In this document: positions 20,821 through 29,281 of the stretch, piece after piece
Layout of the letters: the number at the start of each line of letters is the position of its first letter
Position numbering within the stretch: the stretch's first letter is position 1
Source of the DNA: Flavobacteriales bacterium
GTDB lineage: Bacteria > Bacteroidota > Bacteroidia > Flavobacteriales_D > Sanyastnellaceae
Assembly: GCA_016780385.1 (NCBI GenBank)
Contig: JADHLY010000001.1
Location: 37,498-101,497 of the forward strand
Direction of reading: 5' to 3'
DNA length: 64,000 nucleotides
Position numbers and translations under genes: made by a program
The notes under the pieces: model-generated
Seen by the model: the letters and a program-made list of their open reading frames with translations, nothing else
Told to the model about the DNA's origin: nothing
The model's database searches: none

Positions 20821-22766
20821 TTCAGCAAAATGCGCCGCGTGAACAACGCCCCTTGGATGTCTTCCACGAGCAGCAAGTATGCACCGCGGGGCTGATCGGA
20901 CACACCCAGCTGCATCTGCTGCGCGCCTGGCGTCCACGGGGTCTCCGCCACGGTTCGGCCCGTCATGTCCACCATCATGATGCGGCGGGGCTCCATGCGC
21001 TCGTCAGCCCTGATGGTAAGGGCGTCCTCTGCAGGATTCGGCCACACCGCAATGGCAGCCTGCGCCGCCGTGGGCACCGCATCGACTGCCGTAAACACGT
21101 CCTCAACGCCCGCCTGCAACACCGGGCGGATCATCACCGTCCCTTCAATCGTCGACAGCGTCCATTCCGCGCCGAGGCCCAATTGGTAGTGCACCCGCGA
21201 GAAGTTGAAGTCGGTGTTCTTGTCGAGTCCCACATTCAATGAGAACTCGGCCTCCTGAACAAGCCCGACGTGCACGGTGCCCTCCACGGGAATGGGGTCG
21301 TCATAGGTGTAGTAAGCAAAGACATCGTGGCCATCTGTAAAGTACTGGGGCTGATGAAAGACGTAATTCTCGCCCAACTCGTCGCCCGGCACTCCGTCGT
21401 CATCTGACCACGCGCGCAACAGGAAATTCAAGTTGGACTGCTCGTTGTAGTAGGGCGTAAAATGAATGGCCAGGCCGTGCAGCGTATCGGGCACAGCGAG
21501 GTCATAACGCACGGCCAGCTTGCCGCCTCCGGTGGTGAGTCCGTATGCCTTCTCGGCAGTGCCATCGTCGTAGGCGTATTCGTTGCGGAACACCTGGGTG
21601 AACACCAGGCTGTCGTTGTCCGGGACGCCTACCCGCTCCTGCTCGAGAATGCCGATCGAGTTTTCATACAGGCTGACCTCAAAGGTGGCCGCCGTGTCGT
21701 TGCCCGGGTCAGAAAAGGCAAAACCGCTCGGTTCCACCAGGACAACACCGTTCTCGATGTACGGCTCTTGGATGTAGTACTGCTCGTTGAACACGCTGCT
21801 CGGTGGCACGGACGTCAAGGAGAAAGGGTTGAGGTAGTCTTCCGTTGCGTCCGTAGTGACATTGCGCACCTTGAGGCCACAGGTCACGTTGTCGGCTTGG
21901 AAGGCGCTCATGTTGCGGTGGTCAGTTACCATGCTGTCCAACATGAAAGACGCCGGATCGCTCAGATAGTGGGACCACGGCATGATGCTGTACGGCGCCG
22001 TCAAGGTGTGCCTCGGATCGGTGAATGCCACTTCGAAATACCCCAAGTTGTCGGGGTTCAGGTTGTCGTCGAGCAAAACGTAATCGATGTGCCAGAGGTC
22101 CACGTTGCCGGCCAAAGCCCCATGGTTGCGGAACCTGAAGCGAAATCCGTCCTGAAGGTGAATCAGCTGGTCCACCGCCACAGCGGCCACAGCAAACGTG
22201 TCCATGTCAGCCCCTGTGGCCGACCACACCTGGCTCCAGCCCAGCTCGCCACCATCTGGCGCCAAGAATTCCACCACCAAGCTGTCATTCTCATCGGGCG
22301 CGTTGCCGCGGCCACCGCCCTGATAAAAGAAGGTCAGAAAGATGTTGTCCTCCGGGGTTCTGCCCGCGAGGTTGATGGGCACAGAAGTCAAGGTGTCTGC
22401 CCATCCCGTCGCGTCCTCATTAAACGCATAGGGGAAACCGTCTGAGCGCAAACCCTCCAAGGTCGCCTGACCCACGGTAGGCGCGTTCATGGCATAGGTG
22501 GCCGTTCGGCGGGCGGAACCATCGCTCCAACGCACCAACTCAATGGGCCCCTCTTCACCGGCAAACGTCGGAGAAGCGAAGTCATCGAAGAAAGGCAAAC
22601 TCATGTTGCCACCGCCCCTGCGCAGGTTCGGCACCGGAGCGCCATCCTGGGCAACGGGAACGCAGAGCAGGTCGCGCTCCACTTCCTGAGCAGAGATTGA
22701 TGCGCACACTGCCGTGAGCAGCAACGGCACAACGCATCGGAAGAGGGTAAGGGTTAACGGTTGCAT
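20817..22766 (-). CDS. Secreted protein of unknown function with T9SS type-A C-terminal sorting domain
   Basis: Signal peptide MQPLTLTLFRCVVPLLLTAVCASISAQ. The C-terminal ~80 aa, AVWPNPAEDALTIRAD...GAYLLLVEDIQGALFTRRILLN, has the Por_Secre_tail pattern. The N-terminal LPFFDDF...DLWHIDYVLL jelly-roll-like region is seen in other Bacteroidota cargo. Confidence 0.8.
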   Translation of the reverse strand: MQPLTLTLFRCVVPLLLTAVCASISAQEVERDLLCVPVAQDGAPVPNLRRGGGNMSLPFFDDFASPTFAGEEGPIELVRWSDGSARRTATYAMNAPTVGQATLEGLRSDGFPYAFNEDATGWADTLTSVPINLAGRTPEDNIFLTFFYQGGGRGNAPDENDSLVVEFLAPDGGELGWSQVWSATGADMDTFAVAAVAVDQLIHLQDGFRFRFRNHGALAGNVDLWHIDYVLLDDNLNPDNLGYFEVAFTDPRHTLTAPYSIMPWSHYLSDPASFMLDSMVTDHRNMSAFQADNVTCGLKVRNVTTDATEDYLNPFSLTSVPPSSVFNEQYYIQEPYIENGVVLVEPSGFAFSDPGNDTAATFEVSLYENSIGILEQERVGVPDNDSLVFTQVFRNEYAYDDGTAEKAYGLTTGGGKLAVRYDLAVPDTLHGLAIHFTPYYNEQSNLNFLLRAWSDDDGVPGDELGENYVFHQPQYFTDGHDVFAYYTYDDPIPVEGTVHVGLVQEAEFSLNVGLDKNTDFNFSRVHYQLGLGAEWTLSTIEGTVMIRPVLQAGVEDVFTAVDAVPTAAQAAIAVWPNPAEDALTIRADERMEPRRIMMVDMTGRTVAETPWTPGAQQMQLGVSDQPRGAYLLLVEDIQGALFTRRILLN

Positions 22767-22771
22767 TCAAT

Positions 22772-23584
22772 TCAAGGTTGTTCCGGCGTCTTGACCGAAG
22801 GGTCCGGGGCCGCCAAGGGCGCGCCAAATGTCAAATCGATCACCGTGCCTTCCTGGACCTGTCGGCCTGAGGTGTAAGCGGGCAATTGAGACGCAATGAT
22901 GGCCTCTGACGAATCCGTGCGGTCCACGGCTTCGAATAGCCAGCGGGTAGATCCAAGAGATAACCTCGATTGCTTCAGCTTGCTCAGTCCCGCAGTTCTG
23001 GACATGCCCACCAAATCGGGAAGGTCGACCGGTTCTGAAGAGGTTTGGCCAATGACCAACACGAGGGACTCCCCCTTGGCCAGGCGGTCTTCCGGTCCCT
23101 TGGCCTCACCCTTGCGGTTTTCCACCCGCATCACCAAGCCAGCCAACTCTTGAGACGGCTCATAGCGCTCTCTAAAGGGGAAGCCTTTGACGTCCAGCAG
23201 GATGCGCGCCACTCCGGCGTCCATGCCTTCCTCGACTTCCAAACGCTCGCTTGGCGGCGTCGACCTGAACACCGTCAAATACACATTGCGCGTGCCCTTC
23301 ACTTCCACCCCAGAGGCCGGATCTTGTTCGACCACGCCACCGGGCTGCCCCTTGGCGGAATACAAACTGTCCATGATCACGGGCTTGAGGCCTGCCGCCT
23401 CCAATGCCATGGCGGCCTCATCCATGTGAATCCCCACCACGGAGGGAACCGCGATGCGTTCACTGTGCCGGGTAAACCCACGCAACATCACATTCATCAC
23501 GATGAACCCCAACACACCCAGCACCAAAGCCAAGCCCAATTGGACCCAGAATGTGCGGCTGAAGATGAAGCGGAGCATGCGCAT
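22772..23584 (-). CDS. PASTA domain-containing membrane protein
   Basis: N-terminal TM FWVQLGLALVLGVLGFIVMNVML followed by three PASTA-like repeats (VPSVVGIHMDEAAMALEAAGLK..., ...VDLPDLVGMSRTAGLSKLKQSRL...). Confidence 0.75.
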   Translation of the reverse strand: MRMLRFIFSRTFWVQLGLALVLGVLGFIVMNVMLRGFTRHSERIAVPSVVGIHMDEAAMALEAAGLKPVIMDSLYSAKGQPGGVVEQDPASGVEVKGTRNVYLTVFRSTPPSERLEVEEGMDAGVARILLDVKGFPFRERYEPSQELAGLVMRVENRKGEAKGPEDRLAKGESLVLVIGQTSSEPVDLPDLVGMSRTAGLSKLKQSRLSLGSTRWLFEAVDRTDSSEAIIASQLPAYTSGRQVQEGTVIDLTFGAPLAAPDPSVKTPEQP

Positions 23585-23612
23585 GCGCAGGGGAAACGTC
23601 TAAAGGGCGGGA

Positions 23613-25856
23613 TTATTGGGCCATGGCATTGGGAATGGCCATCTCCATGGCTTCGTGGTATTCTCCGATGAAGCCGTAGTGCTGACCATCCACAACGCAT
23701 TTGCCTTTGGTGGTGTGTCCCAACAAGGTGACCGGAATCCCGACTTCACCCAATACGTCGAGGAAATCTTCCTGATCGGCTTCCGTCGTGGTCACAATGA
23801 TGCGGCCCTGGGATTCGCCAAAGAGGAAGGCGTCAAGGCGGACCTCGCTGTCGCTCTCCACATCAAAACCGAGGCCCCTCGGGGAGCCCATTTCGACCAA
23901 CGCCGTGAACAATCCACCATCGCTGACGTCGTGCGCACACGCCACCAACCGCCGGTCAATCAACATCCGCACGGCGTCATGCAACTTGACCTCAAAGTCG
24001 AGGTCAAAGTGGGGAGCAGGACTATAGCGCACACCGTGCACTGCTGTCAAATACTCGGAACAACCGAGGTCGTTGTGGGATTCGCCCAACAGGAAAATGA
24101 GCTCGCCTTTGACCTTGAAATCCAGGGTCATCTGGCGGTTGGCGTCCTCCATCAAACCAAGCATACCGATGGTCGGCGTGGGGTAGACAGGCTTGGCTGT
24201 CCCGTCGGCATCGACGGTTTGGTTGTAGAAACTCACGTTGCCTCCGGTGACGGGCGCGTTGAAGGCGCGGCACGCATCGCCCATGCCTTCAATGGCACCC
24301 ACAAACTGCCAGTACACTTCAGGGTTGTACGGATTGCCAAAATTGAGGCAGTTGGTGATCGCACTTGGCGTTCCACCCACACAAGCAATGTTTCGGGCAG
24401 CCTCTGCCACAGCGATGGCACATCCCTTGCGGGGGTCGGCCTCCACGTATCGTCCATTGCAATCCACGCTCAACGCGAGGCCCTTCTTGGACCCCTTGAC
24501 CTGCACCACAGCTGCGTCTCCGGGACGGTTGGTAGACCGGTTGACCGTGCCCACCATGCTGTCGTATTGTTCGTACACCCAGCGCTTGGAAGCCAAATTG
24601 GGCCGGGTGACCAGGGCTTTTGCTGTCGCCACGTAGTCCTCCGGTTCCGGAATGGCATCCATGTCGAAGGCTTCTACCTCAGCGAGGTAAGCGGGCGGCG
24701 TGTACTCGCGCTCATAGACGGGTGCTCCTCCGCCGAGGATGAGGCTGTCTGCCGGGACTTCCGCGATGAGTTCCTCCCCATCAAAGTAGCGCAACGTATT
24801 GCCCTCAGTGACCACGCCGATGTTCACCGCGTGCAAATCCCACTTCTCGAAGATGGCCTCAATCTCAGACTCTTGGCCCTTGTTGACCACCACCAACATG
24901 CGCTCTTGGCTCTCGCTCAGTAGAATCTCAAAGGGTTCCATGTCGGCCTGACGCTTGGGCACGAGGTCAAGCCGAATGTCCATGCCAACGCCTCCGCCGC
25001 CACTCATCTCGGAAGTGGAGCAGGTGATGCCTGCTGCCCCCATATCCTGCATGCCGACCACCGCATCGCTGCCGGCCAATTCCAACGAAGCCTCCAGCAA
25101 CAGCTTCTCCTGGAAGGGGTCCCCCACCTGCACAGCGGGCAGGTCTTCCGCACTGTCTTCCGTGATGTCCTTGGAAGCAAACGAAGCGCCCTGAATGCCA
25201 TCCTTGCCCGTATCTGACCCCACGATGTACACGGGGTTACCGGGACCCCCAGCCTTGGCGCTGATGATCTTGTCGCTGTCCAGCAAGCCGACACTCATCG
25301 CATTGACGAGGGGGTTGACCTGATACACCGGGTCGAAATACACCTCACCGCCCACGATGGGCACACCGAAACTGTTGCCGTAATCGCCGATGCCGCGCAC
25401 AACCCCGTCAAGCAACCACTTGGTCTTGGGATGGTCGAGGTCACCAAAGCGCAATGAATTCAGCTGGGCAATGGGGCGCGCGCCCATGGTGAAGATGTCG
25501 CGGTTGATGCCGCCCACGCCGGTGGCTGCGCCCTGGTATGGCTCGAGGGCACTTGGGTGGTTGTGGCTCTCAATCTTGAACGCACAACCGATGCCATCAC
25601 CGATGTCCACAATGCCGGCATTTTCCTCGCCTGCCTTGACCAACAAATGCGGGCCATCCTTGGGGAGTGTCTTCAACCACTTGATGGAGTTCTTATAACT
25701 GCAGTGCTCGGACCACATCACCGAGTAGATGCACATCTCGGTGAAGTTGGGCGTGCGGCCGAGGATCTCGGCAATCTGGTCAAACTCCTCAGGGCGCAGG
25801 CCCATGTCTTGGGCTTGCTGAAGGGTGGCAGGGGCGGTGGATGCGCGTTGGGCCAT
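23613..25856 (-). CDS. purL: Phosphoribosylformylglycinamidine synthase subunit PurL (small, FGAM synthase II type)
   Basis: The ATG at 25856 gives MAQRAST...[20 protein letters not shown]. Also [21 protein letters not shown] and duplicated AIR-synthase-like halves. At 747 aa there is no fused glutaminase domain. Confidence 0.9.
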   Translation of the reverse strand: MAQRASTAPATLQQAQDMGLRPEEFDQIAEILGRTPNFTEMCIYSVMWSEHCSYKNSIKWLKTLPKDGPHLLVKAGEENAGIVDIGDGIGCAFKIESHNHPSALEPYQGAATGVGGINRDIFTMGARPIAQLNSLRFGDLDHPKTKWLLDGVVRGIGDYGNSFGVPIVGGEVYFDPVYQVNPLVNAMSVGLLDSDKIISAKAGGPGNPVYIVGSDTGKDGIQGASFASKDITEDSAEDLPAVQVGDPFQEKLLLEASLELAGSDAVVGMQDMGAAGITCSTSEMSGGGGVGMDIRLDLVPKRQADMEPFEILLSESQERMLVVVNKGQESEIEAIFEKWDLHAVNIGVVTEGNTLRYFDGEELIAEVPADSLILGGGAPVYEREYTPPAYLAEVEAFDMDAIPEPEDYVATAKALVTRPNLASKRWVYEQYDSMVGTVNRSTNRPGDAAVVQVKGSKKGLALSVDCNGRYVEADPRKGCAIAVAEAARNIACVGGTPSAITNCLNFGNPYNPEVYWQFVGAIEGMGDACRAFNAPVTGGNVSFYNQTVDADGTAKPVYPTPTIGMLGLMEDANRQMTLDFKVKGELIFLLGESHNDLGCSEYLTAVHGVRYSPAPHFDLDFEVKLHDAVRMLIDRRLVACAHDVSDGGLFTALVEMGSPRGLGFDVESDSEVRLDAFLFGESQGRIIVTTTEADQEDFLDVLGEVGIPVTLLGHTTKGKCVVDGQHYGFIGEYHEAMEMAIPNAMAQ

Positions 25857-26096
25857 GTCAGTGCAAATGCGGGGTTGCGAAATCGTTCCGTAAAGGTACA
25901 GCTGCCCCTTTACCCAACACCACACATCAACGCACCACTCAATGGGGCTTTACCCACAAATGGTAAGGGAATGCACACCGATCAAACCAAGGCTTGAGCC
26001 CTCTGTTCTTCGGGTGACCTACACCCGAGTGGCCTCAGCCTTCTGCGGTGCAACGCCGAATTCCCGGCCGCGGCCCCCTTCATCCATGGACATCCC

Positions 26097-27527
26097 TCAG
26101 TGATAGACCACGGATAGCGCTGGCGCATCTAGTCGCAATCGAAGAAAGGATTCGATCACATTGGACTGGGTGGCGCGGGTTGCCGAGTCTACATCTTGAC
26201 ACCATGAAACCGCCACATAAGGCGCACCTGCCAACCGAAATAGGCCAGTAGAATCCCTGCGTGCATCTTCGATGTGCCCCCATTCTACCACTTCCACATC
26301 GGGATACTGGACGAAAATTTCTTCCGCCAGTCCTGAGGGCAATGCATTTCGCATGGAGCGGGCTGTGGCCTCTTCAAGGGCTTTAATTTCTGCGCGCAAA
26401 TCCGCGATTTCCCGGTCCTTTCCTGAAAGTTCCTCCCGCCCTTGCGCGTAGAGGTCTACCATCCTTTCCAATTCAGCAAGACCAGCATCATCGCGGGAAT
26501 TCTGCACCACATTGAAAGCCACGCCCGGCACAAGACGAGAAAAGTCCTCCCGCCATTGCACGATGGTGGGTTCGGGTACGAATTCACCGAGCAAGACAAT
26601 ATTGAGTTTTGGCACTTCGCCCTCCCTCTCGATGGTCTGCCCCACTATTTCAGTCCCGGGATAATTGACCCTATCTGCTACAAATGCACTGATCCTACCA
26701 TCCTCTATGCTGGTCGTCACGGTGGTATAAAAAATGTACCCTGACGGCACCACCAAAGCCAACAACAAAATGGTAAACCAGCGTTTGACCTTCAACTCTG
26801 TGGCGGTGTCGACCAACTGAACCACCGGGAAGCGGAGGTATCGAATCACCAGGGCTGTGGCAGTAGCAATCAGCATACTGTTGATCAGAAACAGATAGAA
26901 GCCCCCAATGAGAAAGTTCCATTCACCATTGGCCAATCCATATCCAGCCGTACACAGGGGCGGCATCAAAGCTGTGGCAATCGCGACTCCGGGAATCACA
27001 TTGGACTTCTCTTTTCTCGAGCCCGCCATAATGCCCGCCAATCCACCGAAGAGGGCGACCATCACGTCCAAGAAATTCGGATGTGTCCGCGCTAGAAGCT
27101 CACTCGAGGCCTCATGGATGGGGGACACCATGAAATACAGCGCACTCGTCAGAATCGCAATGCCCGCGGCTACAGCAAGGCTGCTCAAAGAAGTCCTGAA
27201 CGTGGCCCCATCCTGCACACCTACACCCAAGCCTATGCCCATGATCGGACCCATCAGCGGACTGATCAACATGGCGCCAATCACCACCGCCGTGGAATCC
27301 ACATTGAGGCCTATGGCACAAATGAAAATGCTGAAAACAAGAATCCACAGATTGAAGCCTCGGAACTCGACATCACGCTTGATTCCATCAATGGTCTGTT
27401 GCGGGTCGGCAACATCTAGGATGCGAAAACGCTCTGCCAATCGCGGCTTTAAAATGGCGAAAATCCGCTGCCACAACGGCTGCTGATCCGGCTCTGAAGC
27501 CCCTTCCTTCGCGTCTTTAAGTTCCAT
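26097..27527 (-). CDS. DUF389/TIGR00341-like integral membrane protein
   Basis: Start at MELKDAKEG (45 codons inside the track ORF; coordinate from track arithmetic, +/-1). GAMLISPLMGPIMGIGLGVGV and later ATALMPPLCTAGYGLA are the duplicated DUF389 motifs. A C-terminal soluble extension follows. Confidence 0.65.
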   Translation of the reverse strand: MELKDAKEGASEPDQQPLWQRIFAILKPRLAERFRILDVADPQQTIDGIKRDVEFRGFNLWILVFSIFICAIGLNVDSTAVVIGAMLISPLMGPIMGIGLGVGVQDGATFRTSLSSLAVAAGIAILTSALYFMVSPIHEASSELLARTHPNFLDVMVALFGGLAGIMAGSRKEKSNVIPGVAIATALMPPLCTAGYGLANGEWNFLIGGFYLFLINSMLIATATALVIRYLRFPVVQLVDTATELKVKRWFTILLLALVVPSGYIFYTTVTTSIEDGRISAFVADRVNYPGTEIVGQTIEREGEVPKLNIVLLGEFVPEPTIVQWREDFSRLVPGVAFNVVQNSRDDAGLAELERMVDLYAQGREELSGKDREIADLRAEIKALEEATARSMRNALPSGLAEEIFVQYPDVEVVEWGHIEDARRDSTGLFRLAGAPYVAVSWCQDVDSATRATQSNVIESFLRLRLDAPALSVVYH

Positions 27528-27685
27528 GCTCCCAAGTATACCAAGACCACATGGACAATTGACAAAATGGACGCAAAGGAAACCAGTGACTGCACCATTA
27601 CTCCGGGCACATTTCCTCCTGCCCGAAAAGGTCACAACATGTGGCGCGGTTCCATCTTCCAAGCAATCAACATTAGTTTCACCCC

Positions 27686-28378
27686 GTGCACGCGATTCTC
27701 CACTTTGTCTTCAAGGTTCTCAAGTGGCCCGTGGCATTGGTCGCTGTCATGGGACTCCCCGGTATGGCCCAAGCTTGCTGGGCGAGAATCCTCGACTCTT
27801 TAAGCGAGGCTTATCTGCCTTTCTGGATGGGTGTCGGCATCATGTTGTTGATGTGGGGACTGCTCTTGCGCAAAGCCAAGTGGGCTCGGTTCATCACCAC
27901 CATCGAACATGAAGCCCTGCACGCCATTGTCGGGTTCATCAGTTTTATTCCCATCCGCGAACTCAAGGTCAACGAGGATGGAAGTGGTCATGTGATCTTC
28001 ACCCCACCTACTAACTGGCTCATGCTTCTGGCGCCTTATTTCATTCCGCTCACCTTGGCCATATACGCTGCCCTGGTGTTTGCCTTGAAATTGGATCCGT
28101 TCGTGCAGTCCGTCATACTCGGGGCCATTTTCGGATTGGAATGGGCGGGAAATCTCAGGGAAATCCATCCGAGACAAACGGATTTTCGTCAAGCGGGATG
28201 GGCCTTTACTGTGCTCTTTCTGCCCTCTGCAATTTTGCTGAGCTACGGGTCGGCCATCACCATGCTGCTCGAAGGAGGCGTAGGACCTGGCTGGACCTTT
28301 GCAAAAGCGGGAATGATTGGCATGTGGAATGACACCCTGAACGGGATCATCGCCGGAATCAATCTGATCAAGTCCTGA
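27686..28378 (+). CDS. Polytopic membrane protein with HExxH motif (M50B-like putative metalloprotease)
   Basis: 230 aa, GTG start, about 6 hydrophobic helices. TIEHEALHAIVGF places an HExxH at a helix end, and the size fits the Peptidase_M50B family. Assignment is by motif only. Confidence 0.5.
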   Translation: MHAILHFVFKVLKWPVALVAVMGLPGMAQACWARILDSLSEAYLPFWMGVGIMLLMWGLLLRKAKWARFITTIEHEALHAIVGFISFIPIRELKVNEDGSGHVIFTPPTNWLMLLAPYFIPLTLAIYAALVFALKLDPFVQSVILGAIFGLEWAGNLREIHPRQTDFRQAGWAFTVLFLPSAILLSYGSAITMLLEGGVGPGWTFAKAGMIGMWNDTLNGIIAGINLIKS

Positions 28379-28490
28379 CACAAACAGCCTACACGCACCA
28401 GGTTTCGCCGCGTTTCAGACTGAGGTTCTGGAAACAGATGTCGTCACACCACACACGGACCAAGTGGACGATACGGACTAATTTCCCATC

Positions 28491-28943
28491 ATGAGGGCCG
28501 TGGTACAAAGGGTGAGTCGCGCATCCGTCCAAGTGGAAGGGAAAACCATCGGGTCCTGTGGCCCTGGCTTCATGATCCTTCTGGGAGTGCATGCCGAGGA
28601 TACTGAGGAAGATGCCGATTGGCTCGCCCAAAAAACCGCTGCCCTGAGGGTGTTCTCCGACGCCGAGGGCAAGATGAACCAGTCCATCATCGACAAATCA
28701 GGTGAAGCCTTGGTGGTCAGTCAATTCACCCTTCACGCCAAATACAAAAAGGGCGCAAGGCCCAGCTTCATCCACGCCGCCCGGCCCGAAACCGCCATCC
28801 CGCTCTACGAGCGGTTCGTCCGCCAACTGGAAGACCACCTCAAGCGCCCCGTCGCCACGGGCCAATTCGGCGCCATGATGGAGGTGGAGCTCATCAATGA
28901 CGGCCCCGTTACCATCACCATGGACACCCGCAACAAAGAATGA
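28491..28943 (+). CDS. dtd: D-aminoacyl-tRNA deacylase
   Basis: [17 protein letters not shown]...[10 protein letters not shown]...VSQFTLHA...GARPSF...NDGPVTI: full-length Dtd signature. Confidence 0.92.
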   Translation: MRAVVQRVSRASVQVEGKTIGSCGPGFMILLGVHAEDTEEDADWLAQKTAALRVFSDAEGKMNQSIIDKSGEALVVSQFTLHAKYKKGARPSFIHAARPETAIPLYERFVRQLEDHLKRPVATGQFGAMMEVELINDGPVTITMDTRNKE

Positions 28944-29281
28944 CGCCCGAAGCCCCCACCCTCGCCGACGTACAGTCCACCGTGGACGAATGGATCACCA
29001 CCATCGGTGTGCGCTATTTCAGCGAGCTCACCAATATGGCCATCCTGACCGAAGAGGTGGGCGAACTCGCGCGCATCATGGCGCGGCGGTATGGCGACCA
29101 AAGCGAAAAGCCCTCAGACGCCGCCCTCGACCTGGGCGACGAGATGGCGGACGTCCTCTGGGTCCTCGCCGCCTTGGCCAACCAAACGGGCGTCGACCTT
29201 TCGGCAGCGTTCCGCCGGAACATCGAAAAGAAAACCCAGCGCGACGCAGACCGCCACCGCAACAATCCCAAGCTCCAATGA
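28940..29281 (+). CDS. MazG-like nucleotide pyrophosphohydrolase
   Basis: EEVGELARI...[17 protein letters not shown] is the all-alpha NTP-PPase EExxE/D motif pair. ATGA overlaps on both sides. Confidence 0.8.
   Translation: MTPEAPTLADVQSTVDEWITTIGVRYFSELTNMAILTEEVGELARIMARRYGDQSEKPSDAALDLGDEMADVLWVLAALANQTGVDLSAAFRRNIEKKTQRDADRHRNNPKLQ

Noticed and set aside
23616-24923. 435-aa plus-strand ORF
   Set aside because: It is antisense to purL. No start context, and a His/Gly/Val/Arg-rich artefactual composition.
25857-26096. The 240-bp purL/DUF389 intergenic region examined for a tRNA/sRNA; a small hairpin TCGGGTG-accta-CACCCGA around 26012-26030
   Set aside because: There is no cloverleaf, no T-arm GTTCGAATC-type box and no conserved RNA motif. 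On the relevant (minus) strand the hairpin is not followed by a T-run, so at most it is a weak terminator for the DUF389 gene.
28897-29277. 127-codon N-terminal extension of the BNR-protein ORF (track start 28897); similar 5' extensions on the ORFs at 8321, 18013, 37094, 42713, 43903, 45329 and 46584
   Set aside because: The extensions overlap the well-supported upstream genes in another frame and are Arg/Pro-rich. In each case they precede an internal ATG or GTG that yields the canonical conserved N-terminus, often with a 4-nt stop/start overlap.
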